DNA from: Polyangiaceae bacterium
GTDB taxonomy: Bacteria; Myxococcota_A; Polyangia; Polyangiales; Polyangiaceae
Direction of reading: 5' to 3'
Assembly (NCBI GenBank): GCA_033763455.1
Contig: JANRKO010000080.1
Location: 30,939 to 94,938, forward strand
DNA: 64,000 nt
Shown: piece after piece, positions 28,455 through 37,291 of the stretch
How the letters are laid out: the number at the start of each line of letters is the position of its first letter
Position numbering within the stretch: the first letter of the stretch is position 1
Notes under the pieces: model-generated
The model's database searches: none
Told to the model about the DNA's origin: nothing
What the model saw: the letters and a program-made list of their open reading frames with translations, nothing else
Position numbers and translations under genes: made by a program

Positions 28455-28752
28455 GGTGCGTGGATCCTCTGTGGTAACAGCGGCGAGCGAACGGAAGTGC
28501 TCTCGTTCTTTTGCCGAGTATAGCGATCGCCCTTCGAAAATCGATGAGTCTGATGGGATATCGACGCCACAAGAGGTCTCGGTTTGGGACGAGCGCAGAT
28601 CACCTATCGTGCATGTTTGCTGCCTGCATGTGATCTCGGCGCTCTAGCGTGATGGCGATAGGTGCGATCTCGGACTTCGCACCTCGTCATTTTGAGGTCT
28701 CAAATGTGCCGTTTTGTCGGCCAAAACGCATGTAGCTGAGTCGCTCTATTGC

Positions 28753-28767
28753 TGGCCCGTTCCTTGC
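28753..28767 (+). promoter_or_regulatory. Sigma54 -24/-12 promoter of the porin gene
   Basis: TGGCCC-GTTCC-TTGC (GG-N10-GC), 77 nt before ATG 28844; near-match palindromes at 28632 and 28666. Confidence 0.6.
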
Positions 28768-28843
28768 GTACGCGGCGCGCAACGAGCGAGCGAGGCGACC
28801 TCGACGGCGCTCTTTAGAAAAACGCACAGGAGAGTTCTGACTC

Positions 28844-30538
28844 ATGAAATTATTCGTGCCCACCGTCACATCCACACTGGTTCTCTTGCCAAGCTTTGCT
28901 TTGGCACAGGGGGCCACCGCCAGCGCATCCGCGGCCGCGACACCCGAAGTGGTTCAGATGACGGACACACGCTCCGCTTCCGCCACGACCCCCGCGGAGG
29001 CGGCGAAATCTGAAAGCACGGTAACTACGAGCGGAGGTGGGCCCGCGGCGAACTCTGACGGCTGGGACTTTGAGTACCACGGCTACTTTCGCGCTCCGAT
29101 GCGCGTCGGCATAGCAAGCCGGGACACCCGGGCCCCCGGTCAGGGCAAAACTACGTACCACACGCCCATTGTGCCCGATGATCAGTACCTCAGTTGGCAA
29201 CACACGCGGCACTCGCAGCGGTCCTGGGCCGAGGCCTTTCTTTCGGTAGGAAATAAGCTTGCCAAGGGCACCATTGCGCTCCAGGGCTTTCAGCTCACCG
29301 ATGCTGCGTGGGTAGACCCAAGCTCGAACTTTGGGATCTCTCAGGCTTTCATCACGCTCACGCCTGACACGGGCTACGAGAACATGCGGTTGGTGGGCAA
29401 GGTTGGTAGCTTCTGGAATTCGTACGGTAAAGCTGGCCGTTACGATGCTGGTGCCTACGACACGTATCTCTTCGGGCGCACGCATGCACTCGGGGGCACG
29501 CTTCGCGGAGAGCTCGATACGGAGGGGACCACCCTCTGGGGCGAATGGGGCGTGGGCGCCAAGGAGCCGAACCCGAATGCGTACAACCGCTCGCAGTTCA
29601 CACTTTTGAACCACCTGCACGCGGGGATCAAGATCGGCAGCTTGGCGGAATTGGGCTTACATTACTTAGACTCCTTCGCGAAAAGCGAGTTTCGCCCTGG
29701 TTCTATGACGCCGGATGTGAACCCCAACACGCCCGACGGCAGCCTCAGCGTGTACGGCGTGGAAGGCCGTGTGGAAGGCGGAATGTACGGCTACGGGTAC
29801 CTCGGCTTCTCCCATGTAAGTGCGAAAGATGCCATCACGGTAGGACCAGCTATCGAGGTGATTCACGCCTTCGGCGGAGGTGACTTCTCGCTTGGGGTTA
29901 ACGATCAGTACTTGAATGCTCCGGGCTGCGCTGCGCGTATGCAATGCAGCAACGGCAACGGGAGCGTGAACACCTTGCTCGGCCAATACGAGTTCAGCTT
30001 GGTGAACTTCACCCAAGGGCTCGAGGGGAAAGGCCAATTCTGGGGAGAGGGCCAAGATCTAAAGGCCACTTTGTACGGCATGTACAACATGGTGGCGAGC
30101 GATGACCCCGCGCAGGACGGTGTGAAGAAGCTCAAATTCGGAGCTGATCTTGAAGTGTCCGCGCTGCCCTGGTTGGCAGCGGGCCTACGCATGGACAGGC
30201 TGTCGCCAAATTCCAAGGTGCCCGAGCAGAAGTTTAGCGTTATCTCTCCGCGGGTCGTTTTCCGTTCGAAGTGGGTCACGAAGGAAGAAATAAGCCTGCA
30301 ATATAGCCGCTATATCTACAATCAGCGCACTTGTGCCACGGCCTTGGATCCAACGGCAACACCTGCAGACGGCGTGTACACGGTGGGCGATGAACGCTGT
30401 GTGCAGCCGCCGAGCGCTCCCGTTTTGCCGGCTGGCTTCGGTGCCACTACCACCAACCAAGACGCTGGCAATCGCGCGACGGGTACGGCCCGCCCGGATG
30501 TAGATGTCGTTGCGCTCACCGCTACGATGTGGTGGTGA
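28844..30538 (+). CDS. Outer-membrane beta-barrel, probable LamB-like carbohydrate porin
   Basis: Signal peptide ALA-Q; 'DFEYHGYFR' resembles the maltoporin N-terminal DFHGYAR; amphipathic strands; terminal aromatic MWW; RBS AGGAG. Confidence 0.65.
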   Translation: MKLFVPTVTSTLVLLPSFALAQGATASASAAATPEVVQMTDTRSASATTPAEAAKSESTVTTSGGGPAANSDGWDFEYHGYFRAPMRVGIASRDTRAPGQGKTTYHTPIVPDDQYLSWQHTRHSQRSWAEAFLSVGNKLAKGTIALQGFQLTDAAWVDPSSNFGISQAFITLTPDTGYENMRLVGKVGSFWNSYGKAGRYDAGAYDTYLFGRTHALGGTLRGELDTEGTTLWGEWGVGAKEPNPNAYNRSQFTLLNHLHAGIKIGSLAELGLHYLDSFAKSEFRPGSMTPDVNPNTPDGSLSVYGVEGRVEGGMYGYGYLGFSHVSAKDAITVGPAIEVIHAFGGGDFSLGVNDQYLNAPGCAARMQCSNGNGSVNTLLGQYEFSLVNFTQGLEGKGQFWGEGQDLKATLYGMYNMVASDDPAQDGVKKLKFGADLEVSALPWLAAGLRMDRLSPNSKVPEQKFSVISPRVVFRSKWVTKEEISLQYSRYIYNQRTCATALDPTATPADGVYTVGDERCVQPPSAPVLPAGFGATTTNQDAGNRATGTARPDVDVVALTATMWW

Positions 30539-30572
30539 GCTGAACCGGAGGGGGGGCGGGGGAGTTAGCGCA

Positions 30573-30604
30573 CGCCTGAGTCTGCTAAAGCGGCGACTCA
30601 GGCG
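30573..30604. terminator. Hairpin between the convergent porin and GH9 genes
   Basis: Perfect 10-bp arms CGCCTGAGTC / GACTCAGGCG. Confidence 0.6.
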
Positions 30605-30612
30605 CGGAGGCG

Positions 30613-32937
30613 TTAGCGTGCGGCTTGGTCTAGGAAGGCCGTGACCCAAGCGAGGGGAGCGTTCCAGTTGATCGTGATCTCGTTGACGGACCAAGCCTCA
30701 ATGTTGTCTACGTAGCACTTTTCTGGGGCGCAGCCCTTCAGGCCTGCGGCTTTAACGTAAGGATCCTCAAGGCCAGAGTTGGGCCCTCCCGAAATCGCGC
30801 CGGGGGGTGCCATCGGATATTTGGCGTTGACCTGATGGGACCAGAAGCGATGGTGGGGATTCTCAACAGCGTGCTCCCCGTAGCCGGTGACATACGAGAG
30901 GCTCATGGGGTTGCGCCCCAAAAGGTAGTCCATGCCGGTGATAGTGGCAGCAAGGAAACGTTGATCGTGGCTGAGATCGTAGGCTGCACCCAGAATGATC
31001 AAATTGTTGAGCACAAAAGAGTTCGAGCCCCAGGGAAAACGCCCGCCTGAGCCGCCCTGGAATGGGAGCCCATAGCCCTGCTTTTTCGCTGTTGCGAGGT
31101 ATTCCTCGGCCGCTGTGGTGAGCTGAATCTCAAGGGCTGTGCGCTCTGCCTGCGAAAGGGTGCTTTCGGCCGTAAGGAGCGAGAGCTTCCCCAATGTGTC
31201 GGTACGCGCCCAGTTCATGGACGAGAGCGCACTGCCGGCATTCATGGTGAAACTCTTATGATGAGGCGAACGCACCAAAAAATCCCGATACACCGCGTTG
31301 CCCGTGGTGATGAAAAGCTCGGCCGCAGCCCAATAGAAATCATCACTCACTTGTGGGTCGTCATACGCGCCGCCTCCCGAGCTGTCGCTTGCCGGTGCGA
31401 TCATGTCCGGGTGCGCTTCTGCTGCACGCCAGGCTCGCTCAGCTGCCTTCAAACACTTTGCGGCAAAATCTTTATCGAAAGGGCCGTAGAGGCGTGCTGC
31501 CTGAGCTAAGGTGGCCGCTGTGTTCAGCGTTGCTGCTGTGCTCACCGGCCGCAGGTAACGCTTCATTTGGCTCTCATGCGGCGCCATACCGAGGGCCGTC
31601 CACGCCTCGTCGTGGATCTTGTGGTGCACCATTCCTGAAAGCGGATTGCCCTCGGGAACCTGCATCTTCATGAAGAATTCCAGCTCAAAACGAGCTTCAT
31701 CCAGGAGATCCGGCACTTGGTTGCTGTTCTCCGGAATGCTGAGCTTGCCGTCGTGGAAGGCAGCCGTTTGGTGAAGCTTGTGTGCGCGCTCGTAGAGGTT
31801 CAGGAGTGTCCACACGCTGATCCCACCATTTACGACGTATTTCCCGTGGTCCCCTGCGTCGTACCAGCCACCGGAGACATCCAGGCTGTAGCTGCAGCCT
31901 GCATCTTTTGCACAGCTCACCTTGCTATCGGATAGGTGCCCAGCTGGGCGCGCCCATTCGGCTTTCTTGACGAACGGAAGCTTTATCTCGATGCCACTTC
32001 GATTGTGGTAGAAATAGGCCAACGCATCGTACTTGAGCTCCGCATAGAGATCGTTCGCTATCTTAAACGGCGGGCTTTCTTCCGTGCCCACGCGCACTCG
32101 ATAGCCTGCGCCAGGCTTCTGTAGCGTCGAAAAGTCAATGATGTGTAGGGGCTCTCCCGAGTCGCGATCGAGCCCAAATACCTTCGTTTTGCCTGTCTGA
32201 ACCACAGCGCCATCGGCGTCAACTACAGAAAAATCCACCGAGCTTGAGGCTGGGCTCACTAGTGTTGCGAGCTTTTCGCGCTTCGGAAAATAGCCCACCT
32301 GGTTAACTCGCACGAGCGCCGCCGCTTGCTCGTGTTCGCGAGGCTTGGCAGTAAAGGCTGGGTCCGAAAGGCTCACATCGTCCACACAAAGCTCAAGCGG
32401 AGCACCAGCGGCCAGATTCCCCCCCACGTGAAACGCAAGCTCCGCGGTGGGGTCGTTGTCAGATGCCATAGTGAAGCCGCCTTGAAACAGGCGCGGAGCA
32501 GTTGTGAGGTCGATCGTGCTCGTCCAATATTCTGCGTACGGAGGCCCCGCCATACCGATCTTGGCACGGACTTTTGTGGCTCGATTGGCTCGGGCCACGA
32601 AGCTTACCGAGTAGGCGTGCCCCTTCTCTAGAATCATCTCGCGGTGACGCACCTGCGCGTCCCAAGGGTTCTTGCCAACCTCGACGACATTCAGGCAAAG
32701 CGCTCCCTCCTTCACACTCGCTTCACCCGTGGCCGGAGCAGAGAAGGAGGTTGTCCAGGGGAGGCTCGTTCCGTCCTCGAAGGTGCTGTTCTTCAGCAGA
32801 TTGTTCTGGGGCGAAAGCGCGGCAGTTGCGGAACTTCCAGGGCTCGCGGCAGCTTTGGTGGCTTGGGGCGCGCAGCTTGTGAGGCTTGAAAAAAGTGGCG
32901 AACAAAACGCAAGGTAGCTGAAGCGGCGTAGTATCAT
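30613..32937 (-). CDS. GH9 cellulase lipoprotein (CBM4/9 + Ig-like + GH9)
   Basis: LTS-C lipobox, NLLKNSTFE (CBM4), VRVNQVGY (Ig-like), GGWYDAGDHGKY, PHHR, NEITINWNAPL. ATG 32937 overlaps the GH48 stop. Confidence 0.93.
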   Translation of the reverse strand: MILRRFSYLAFCSPLFSSLTSCAPQATKAAASPGSSATAALSPQNNLLKNSTFEDGTSLPWTTSFSAPATGEASVKEGALCLNVVEVGKNPWDAQVRHREMILEKGHAYSVSFVARANRATKVRAKIGMAGPPYAEYWTSTIDLTTAPRLFQGGFTMASDNDPTAELAFHVGGNLAAGAPLELCVDDVSLSDPAFTAKPREHEQAAALVRVNQVGYFPKREKLATLVSPASSSVDFSVVDADGAVVQTGKTKVFGLDRDSGEPLHIIDFSTLQKPGAGYRVRVGTEESPPFKIANDLYAELKYDALAYFYHNRSGIEIKLPFVKKAEWARPAGHLSDSKVSCAKDAGCSYSLDVSGGWYDAGDHGKYVVNGGISVWTLLNLYERAHKLHQTAAFHDGKLSIPENSNQVPDLLDEARFELEFFMKMQVPEGNPLSGMVHHKIHDEAWTALGMAPHESQMKRYLRPVSTAATLNTAATLAQAARLYGPFDKDFAAKCLKAAERAWRAAEAHPDMIAPASDSSGGGAYDDPQVSDDFYWAAAELFITTGNAVYRDFLVRSPHHKSFTMNAGSALSSMNWARTDTLGKLSLLTAESTLSQAERTALEIQLTTAAEEYLATAKKQGYGLPFQGGSGGRFPWGSNSFVLNNLIILGAAYDLSHDQRFLAATITGMDYLLGRNPMSLSYVTGYGEHAVENPHHRFWSHQVNAKYPMAPPGAISGGPNSGLEDPYVKAAGLKGCAPEKCYVDNIEAWSVNEITINWNAPLAWVTAFLDQAAR

Positions 32938-35039
32938 GGGTTTTTCTTTTCTTCGAAGAGCCAGCCGTAGGTGCCGTAGGCCAACGCTAGGTGTGCTTGA
33001 GCCCAGAAGCGGTGGTACTTGAATTCCGGTGGGGCGCCGCCATCCAGGTATTTCTGAACTTTGGGCCAATCCGTGTCGCGTTTGAACTTGGAGCGAATGC
33101 TGAGGAAGGTGGAGTGGTTGTCAATGCTGTCCCCATTTGGCATCTTGCCGACCCAGCCCTTCGGGAGCTCTAGCTTATCGGCGAAACGCTTATAGTCCTT
33201 ACGAACTTCTGGGTTTGCGAGGCCCAGTGGATCTCGGTACTTGGCCCACATTCGATCGAGGAGCTCGCCTGCAACTCTCTCTGCTTCACGATCGTTGGCG
33301 CGTTTGGCGTAGAACGATAACGTGTGCACGAGCCCGGCCGTAGTTCCTACATCATCGGTGGTGCTCGTTACCGATACGTGGAGCGTGGAGTTGAAGTTGG
33401 CTTCCTTCGGATCGAAGTGAGTGTTGTCGGCGTCCCAACTTTGGCTGGGCTTCCCGCTCCACTTGAGCGATGAAGGTATAGAATAGCCGCCGTTTGGATC
33501 CAACCGAACGTTGGAAAGGGCCCAGCTTACCCACTTTTTGAGAATGAGCTCAGCTCGGGGATCACCCGTTACATAATAGTATTCGGCTACGCGCTGTAGC
33601 GACCACACCTGAAAACCAAACCACTCGTTGCTGGGCGGGTCCGTGAAAACCGGCGAAGCGTCGTAGGCCATACCGTAGAATTGAGGTGTGTTCGGAGGCG
33701 GTGCCTCGTAGCGCCCTTTCCAGCTGTTGGTGGCACCGCCCGCAATTCCGCCTTCCGCTGCCTGGAGCCAGCGGTAGAACTCAAGCTGCCGCGATAGGCT
33801 CTCAGCCCAGTCGCTCGAACCGCGGGGTGAGCGCGGCTTTAGAGTATCAATATTGCTCAGGGCGTAGGCCGCCATCGGGTTTTGATAACCCGAATGCACG
33901 TGGCTTGAACCAATTCGCCACGACCACACACTGCGTTCGGGGATCGCACCGCCCCACGCGAAGTACCACGACACCAGGTAGTGTGCCGATTCGTATTCCT
34001 TGGCGGGCGCACAATCTAGACTGGTGCAGCCCATAGTCTTGAAATACTTGTCAAAGAACGCGTAACGGATGTTGTCACCCATTTGCGCTGCGCGTTCGCT
34101 GAGATCATTGACACTTGCGTCCCCGCCGCGCTCATCAGCCCAGCGCTTGGCCCAGTAAATCGCCTGGATGGCGCGCGCGTCCGCATCAGGAGCGTTGGTG
34201 TATTTCCACTGTTTTGCAAAGTCCCCGGATTGCGTGAAAAGGTCCAAAAACCCGTGTTTCCCGCCCCACCGGAAGTTGTCCCACGCCGGCTGGGTGATGG
34301 CCTCCCATACCGATTCCTGGGTGCCTCGCTGAAAAGTATTGATGAACGAAGGCTTACTCGTGCCGTCACCACGTTGGCCGAAGCCAAACCAATTATCGAC
34401 ATCTAAAAGCCAATGCATCGCATACACATCTGAAGTGCCATAAGTGGCCTTCAGCTCATCACCGATCGGGTCCCGACCGACCGCAACGGAGCCATCGAGC
34501 GGGACTGGATAGGCGCTCGGTTCATCCCCCTCGGGTGCGTAACTGGCAGGCTTGTTGGGTCGGTAAGCGGAGGTCGAGGGCTGATCCGCGGCGGCAGGGA
34601 TCATGAAATATTCGAGGCTTTGCCAAGAGCGCTTTAGGAACGAAAAATCGCCGCTCACTTTTCCGTAGAGCGCCTCCATCCATACCCAATAGCTGTAGGC
34701 CTCAGAGGTGGTTTCGTGGCCGTGGTCGGGAGCCTCCACCAGCAAGGTCTCTACCGAGTGATAGGGGATCCCCTCCGCGCTGAAATAGCCGTTGTCGAAG
34801 TCGTGGATGTCCGTCCAAAGTTCTAGAAAGCGACCCGTATTCTTAGAGTTTGTTGGCGCTGCCGGAGGCTTGGGTGCGCGCGGCGCGGGGCTCGGAGGTA
34901 CCCGTGGGGCGGGCGCAGGCGCAGTTGCAAGGGGTGGCGGCGCTGTTGTTGTGAGGGGATCTGTGCCCTGGCTCTTCTTCACGCAAGCATTGCCCAAAAG
35001 GGCCAAAATAACGCCAACTTGGGCTCTAGATACGCGCAT
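32934..35039 (-). CDS. GH48 cellobiohydrolase, predicted lipoprotein
   Basis: GIPYHSVETLLVEAPDHGHETTSEAYSY, MHWLLDVDNWFGFG, YTNAPDADARA, YHRFWAQ; N-terminal LLGNA-C plus Pro linker. Confidence 0.95.
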   Translation of the reverse strand: MRVSRAQVGVILALLGNACVKKSQGTDPLTTTAPPPLATAPAPAPRVPPSPAPRAPKPPAAPTNSKNTGRFLELWTDIHDFDNGYFSAEGIPYHSVETLLVEAPDHGHETTSEAYSYWVWMEALYGKVSGDFSFLKRSWQSLEYFMIPAAADQPSTSAYRPNKPASYAPEGDEPSAYPVPLDGSVAVGRDPIGDELKATYGTSDVYAMHWLLDVDNWFGFGQRGDGTSKPSFINTFQRGTQESVWEAITQPAWDNFRWGGKHGFLDLFTQSGDFAKQWKYTNAPDADARAIQAIYWAKRWADERGGDASVNDLSERAAQMGDNIRYAFFDKYFKTMGCTSLDCAPAKEYESAHYLVSWYFAWGGAIPERSVWSWRIGSSHVHSGYQNPMAAYALSNIDTLKPRSPRGSSDWAESLSRQLEFYRWLQAAEGGIAGGATNSWKGRYEAPPPNTPQFYGMAYDASPVFTDPPSNEWFGFQVWSLQRVAEYYYVTGDPRAELILKKWVSWALSNVRLDPNGGYSIPSSLKWSGKPSQSWDADNTHFDPKEANFNSTLHVSVTSTTDDVGTTAGLVHTLSFYAKRANDREAERVAGELLDRMWAKYRDPLGLANPEVRKDYKRFADKLELPKGWVGKMPNGDSIDNHSTFLSIRSKFKRDTDWPKVQKYLDGGAPPEFKYHRFWAQAHLALAYGTYGWLFEEKKNP

Positions 35040-35104
35040 TCGAATCTCCCGCTGAGGCTTTGAGCCCAGAGATCAAAGCAGAGATTGAGTGCTCGGAAAA
35101 GTGC

Positions 35105-35117
35105 GATCCTTGGGATC
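35105..35117. promoter_or_regulatory. GATC-N5-GATC site between divergent GH48 and CBM11-like genes
   Basis: gtgc-GATC-CTTGG-GATC-atc. Confidence 0.6.
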
Positions 35118-35186
35118 ATCAGAGCGCTCGATTGTGATCAAAAATGTCAGCCTGACACCGGATCCATCAAGCGGTATGCGACTGCC

Positions 35187-35909
35187 ATGTTGACTCTAAG
35201 ATCTTTGGGAGTTGGGGTAGCGATTGCAGTTGTGAGTGTTGGGTGTGTCAAGAAGGTGGACCCAGCTTCTCCCGATGGTGCTTCCTCACCGGAGGGCAAA
35301 GCCTGCCCTCCGAGTGCTGTTATTAGTGATGGGGAAGCCAATAATAACCAAGTCAATGTCCAGGAAGGTCGCGGCGGCTACTGGTACACGTTCGTGGACA
35401 AAGCCGGGTCAACTGTTACACCTGCGGCGGGCGAGCAAGGTGGCATCTTTGAGATGACGCCCGGTGGTGCCAACGGTTCCAAGTTCGCGGCACACATGAA
35501 GGGCAAATTAGGTGGGGGTGGAGTGCTTTTTGCCGGGATGGGCCTCAACTTCACCGATCCAAAGGGGCCCTACGACGCCAGCCGATACCAGGGTATCTCA
35601 TTTTTTGCCAAAAAAGCACCAGGATCGAGCGGAAGTGTGCGCTTGAAGTTGCCGGATTCAGATACCGATCCGGACGGAAAGGTGTGCACCGAGTGCTACA
35701 ACGATTTCGGCACCGACCTAGAGCTTACTGACGAATGGCAGCGTTATACCGTTCCCTTTAATCGCATGCGCCAAATGCAGGGTTGGGGAAGCCCCATCGT
35801 TGCGAGCATCAAGCCGAACGCCATTTACGGGGTCCAGTTCCAAGTCAATCAGCCTGGCGCAAGCTTCGACATTTGGGTGGATGACCTGGCATTTACAGGC
35901 TGCCCCTAA
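35187..35909 (+). CDS. Stand-alone CBM11-like carbohydrate-binding lipoprotein
   Basis: SVG-C lipobox; GGYWYTFVD, YDASRYQGISFFAK, WQRYTVPF, FDIWVDDLAF. Confidence 0.75.
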   Translation: MLTLRSLGVGVAIAVVSVGCVKKVDPASPDGASSPEGKACPPSAVISDGEANNNQVNVQEGRGGYWYTFVDKAGSTVTPAAGEQGGIFEMTPGGANGSKFAAHMKGKLGGGGVLFAGMGLNFTDPKGPYDASRYQGISFFAKKAPGSSGSVRLKLPDSDTDPDGKVCTECYNDFGTDLELTDEWQRYTVPFNRMRQMQGWGSPIVASIKPNAIYGVQFQVNQPGASFDIWVDDLAFTGCP

Positions 35910-35988
35910 AGCGCCAGGTGAAACAAGTCGTCGAGTGCCTCGAGGCACCCTTAGGCACTCGGCGAATCACAAGGCCAGCTCGTAACTA

Positions 35989-37161
35989 TCAGCGTATGAT
36001 AACAGCCTTGCATGGGAAATCGAACAAGATGCCCGAAGTTGCCGGATCTTGAAGCGATTTGCAGGCGGTGCCGAGCAATTCGATCTGAGTGGTACCCTTC
36101 AGTTGCCAACCGTTCGGATCCTGGTAGGGCAGAGCTGTGCCGTTGAGCACCACTTTTCCGAGGCCTGCGTTTGCTGGATCGAGCTCTAGCCGTGATTCTA
36201 GGTCAAATACACAGCTTTTCACTCCAGCAACTACAGCGCGCAGCTGATCGGTGAGGGCCGTTTCGTTGAGCTCTGGGGCAAAAACCTTCGCGTTGCCACC
36301 GGTGGGTGCGTAGCTTCCCTTGAGAGGATTACTCCCGCAGTACCCAAGATCTTGCCCTGGGTTCTTTACGGGTTGGCCGGCGCCCGCGTTGGCGAGATCT
36401 GCCAATGCATCCACGCTCCCCAAGCCCAAGACAAAGGTGGTGATGCCCTGCGTGTACGCGGTCTGCACCGCCGCGACCGATTGATCTTTGGCGCAGGGCT
36501 CCTGACCATCATTGCAGAAATCTGGTTCGCCGTCAGTGACGAGAACGAAGTACTTGGAGCCTGGGCCAGGCGCCGCCACAAGCTTCGGGATCATTTGTTC
36601 AATCGCGCGCATGGTGGGCGTTTCCGTCTTTCCAGCACCGGATTCGATGCGTGGATCGGCGCTTGCCATATCGTAGGCTTGTTGGATCACAGGGGCGTTG
36701 CCGAGCGCAAAGCTATCCACCACATTGAGCATTGGGCAGGTGCCGCCATTCACGCCAGTATAGGCGGCAAATCCGAAATTAACGTCTCGGTCTAACGCTT
36801 TTACAACGTTCAGCACAGCCGCCTTGAGCGGTTCCCAGTAGTGGCTGTCGAACATGCTCGACGAGCGATCTACGACGAACATGACAGTGGGCGTTTGGGG
36901 TGTGAACTCCACTTTAAAATCGTTGCAGCCGTCGCCCACGGCGCCGTTTACCCCAGCTCCCGGATTGAGCCCCGAAGCACCTGCGGTGGGGCCCATCAAA
37001 TTGAGCGTCGGTTGTGTGGGCGCCGCGGTGGCGCTCGTGTTGCCCTCGGGAGAGCCCGATGCAAACGGGTTTGTTTTCGAGCCGCCAGCGCTGCAGCTCG
37101 CAACGAGGAACGTGAATCCTACTCCGATGGGGCCTATGCGGAACAGTTTGGTGTACGCCAC
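35989..37161 (-). CDS. von Willebrand factor A domain lipoprotein
   Basis: VAS-C lipobox; MIDAS DRSSS, TPT, VTDGEP. Start moved to GTG 37161. Confidence 0.85.
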   Translation of the reverse strand: MAYTKLFRIGPIGVGFTFLVASCSAGGSKTNPFASGSPEGNTSATAAPTQPTLNLMGPTAGASGLNPGAGVNGAVGDGCNDFKVEFTPQTPTVMFVVDRSSSMFDSHYWEPLKAAVLNVVKALDRDVNFGFAAYTGVNGGTCPMLNVVDSFALGNAPVIQQAYDMASADPRIESGAGKTETPTMRAIEQMIPKLVAAPGPGSKYFVLVTDGEPDFCNDGQEPCAKDQSVAAVQTAYTQGITTFVLGLGSVDALADLANAGAGQPVKNPGQDLGYCGSNPLKGSYAPTGGNAKVFAPELNETALTDQLRAVVAGVKSCVFDLESRLELDPANAGLGKVVLNGTALPYQDPNGWQLKGTTQIELLGTACKSLQDPATSGILFDFPCKAVIIR

Positions 37162-37200
37162 GACGTAAGAGTTATCATGTGAACGCGGCGCAAGCAGGAT

Positions 37201-37213
37201 GATCAAATAGATC
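37201..37213. promoter_or_regulatory. GATC-N5-GATC site between divergent vWA and GH9 genes
   Basis: gat-GATC-AAATA-GATC-acc. Confidence 0.6.
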
Positions 37214-37291
37214 ACCTTCGAAGGGGTTCCGCGAGGTGGTGGATCCAATTGTAAAGATTGCCGCTATGCTGTACCTGAGTATTCAAGAAAG

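Noticed and set aside
32938..33069. N-terminal extension of the GH9 ORF overlapping GH48
   Set aside because: ATG 32937 gives a proper lipoprotein signal and an ATGA overlap, so the extension is an ORF-calling artefact.
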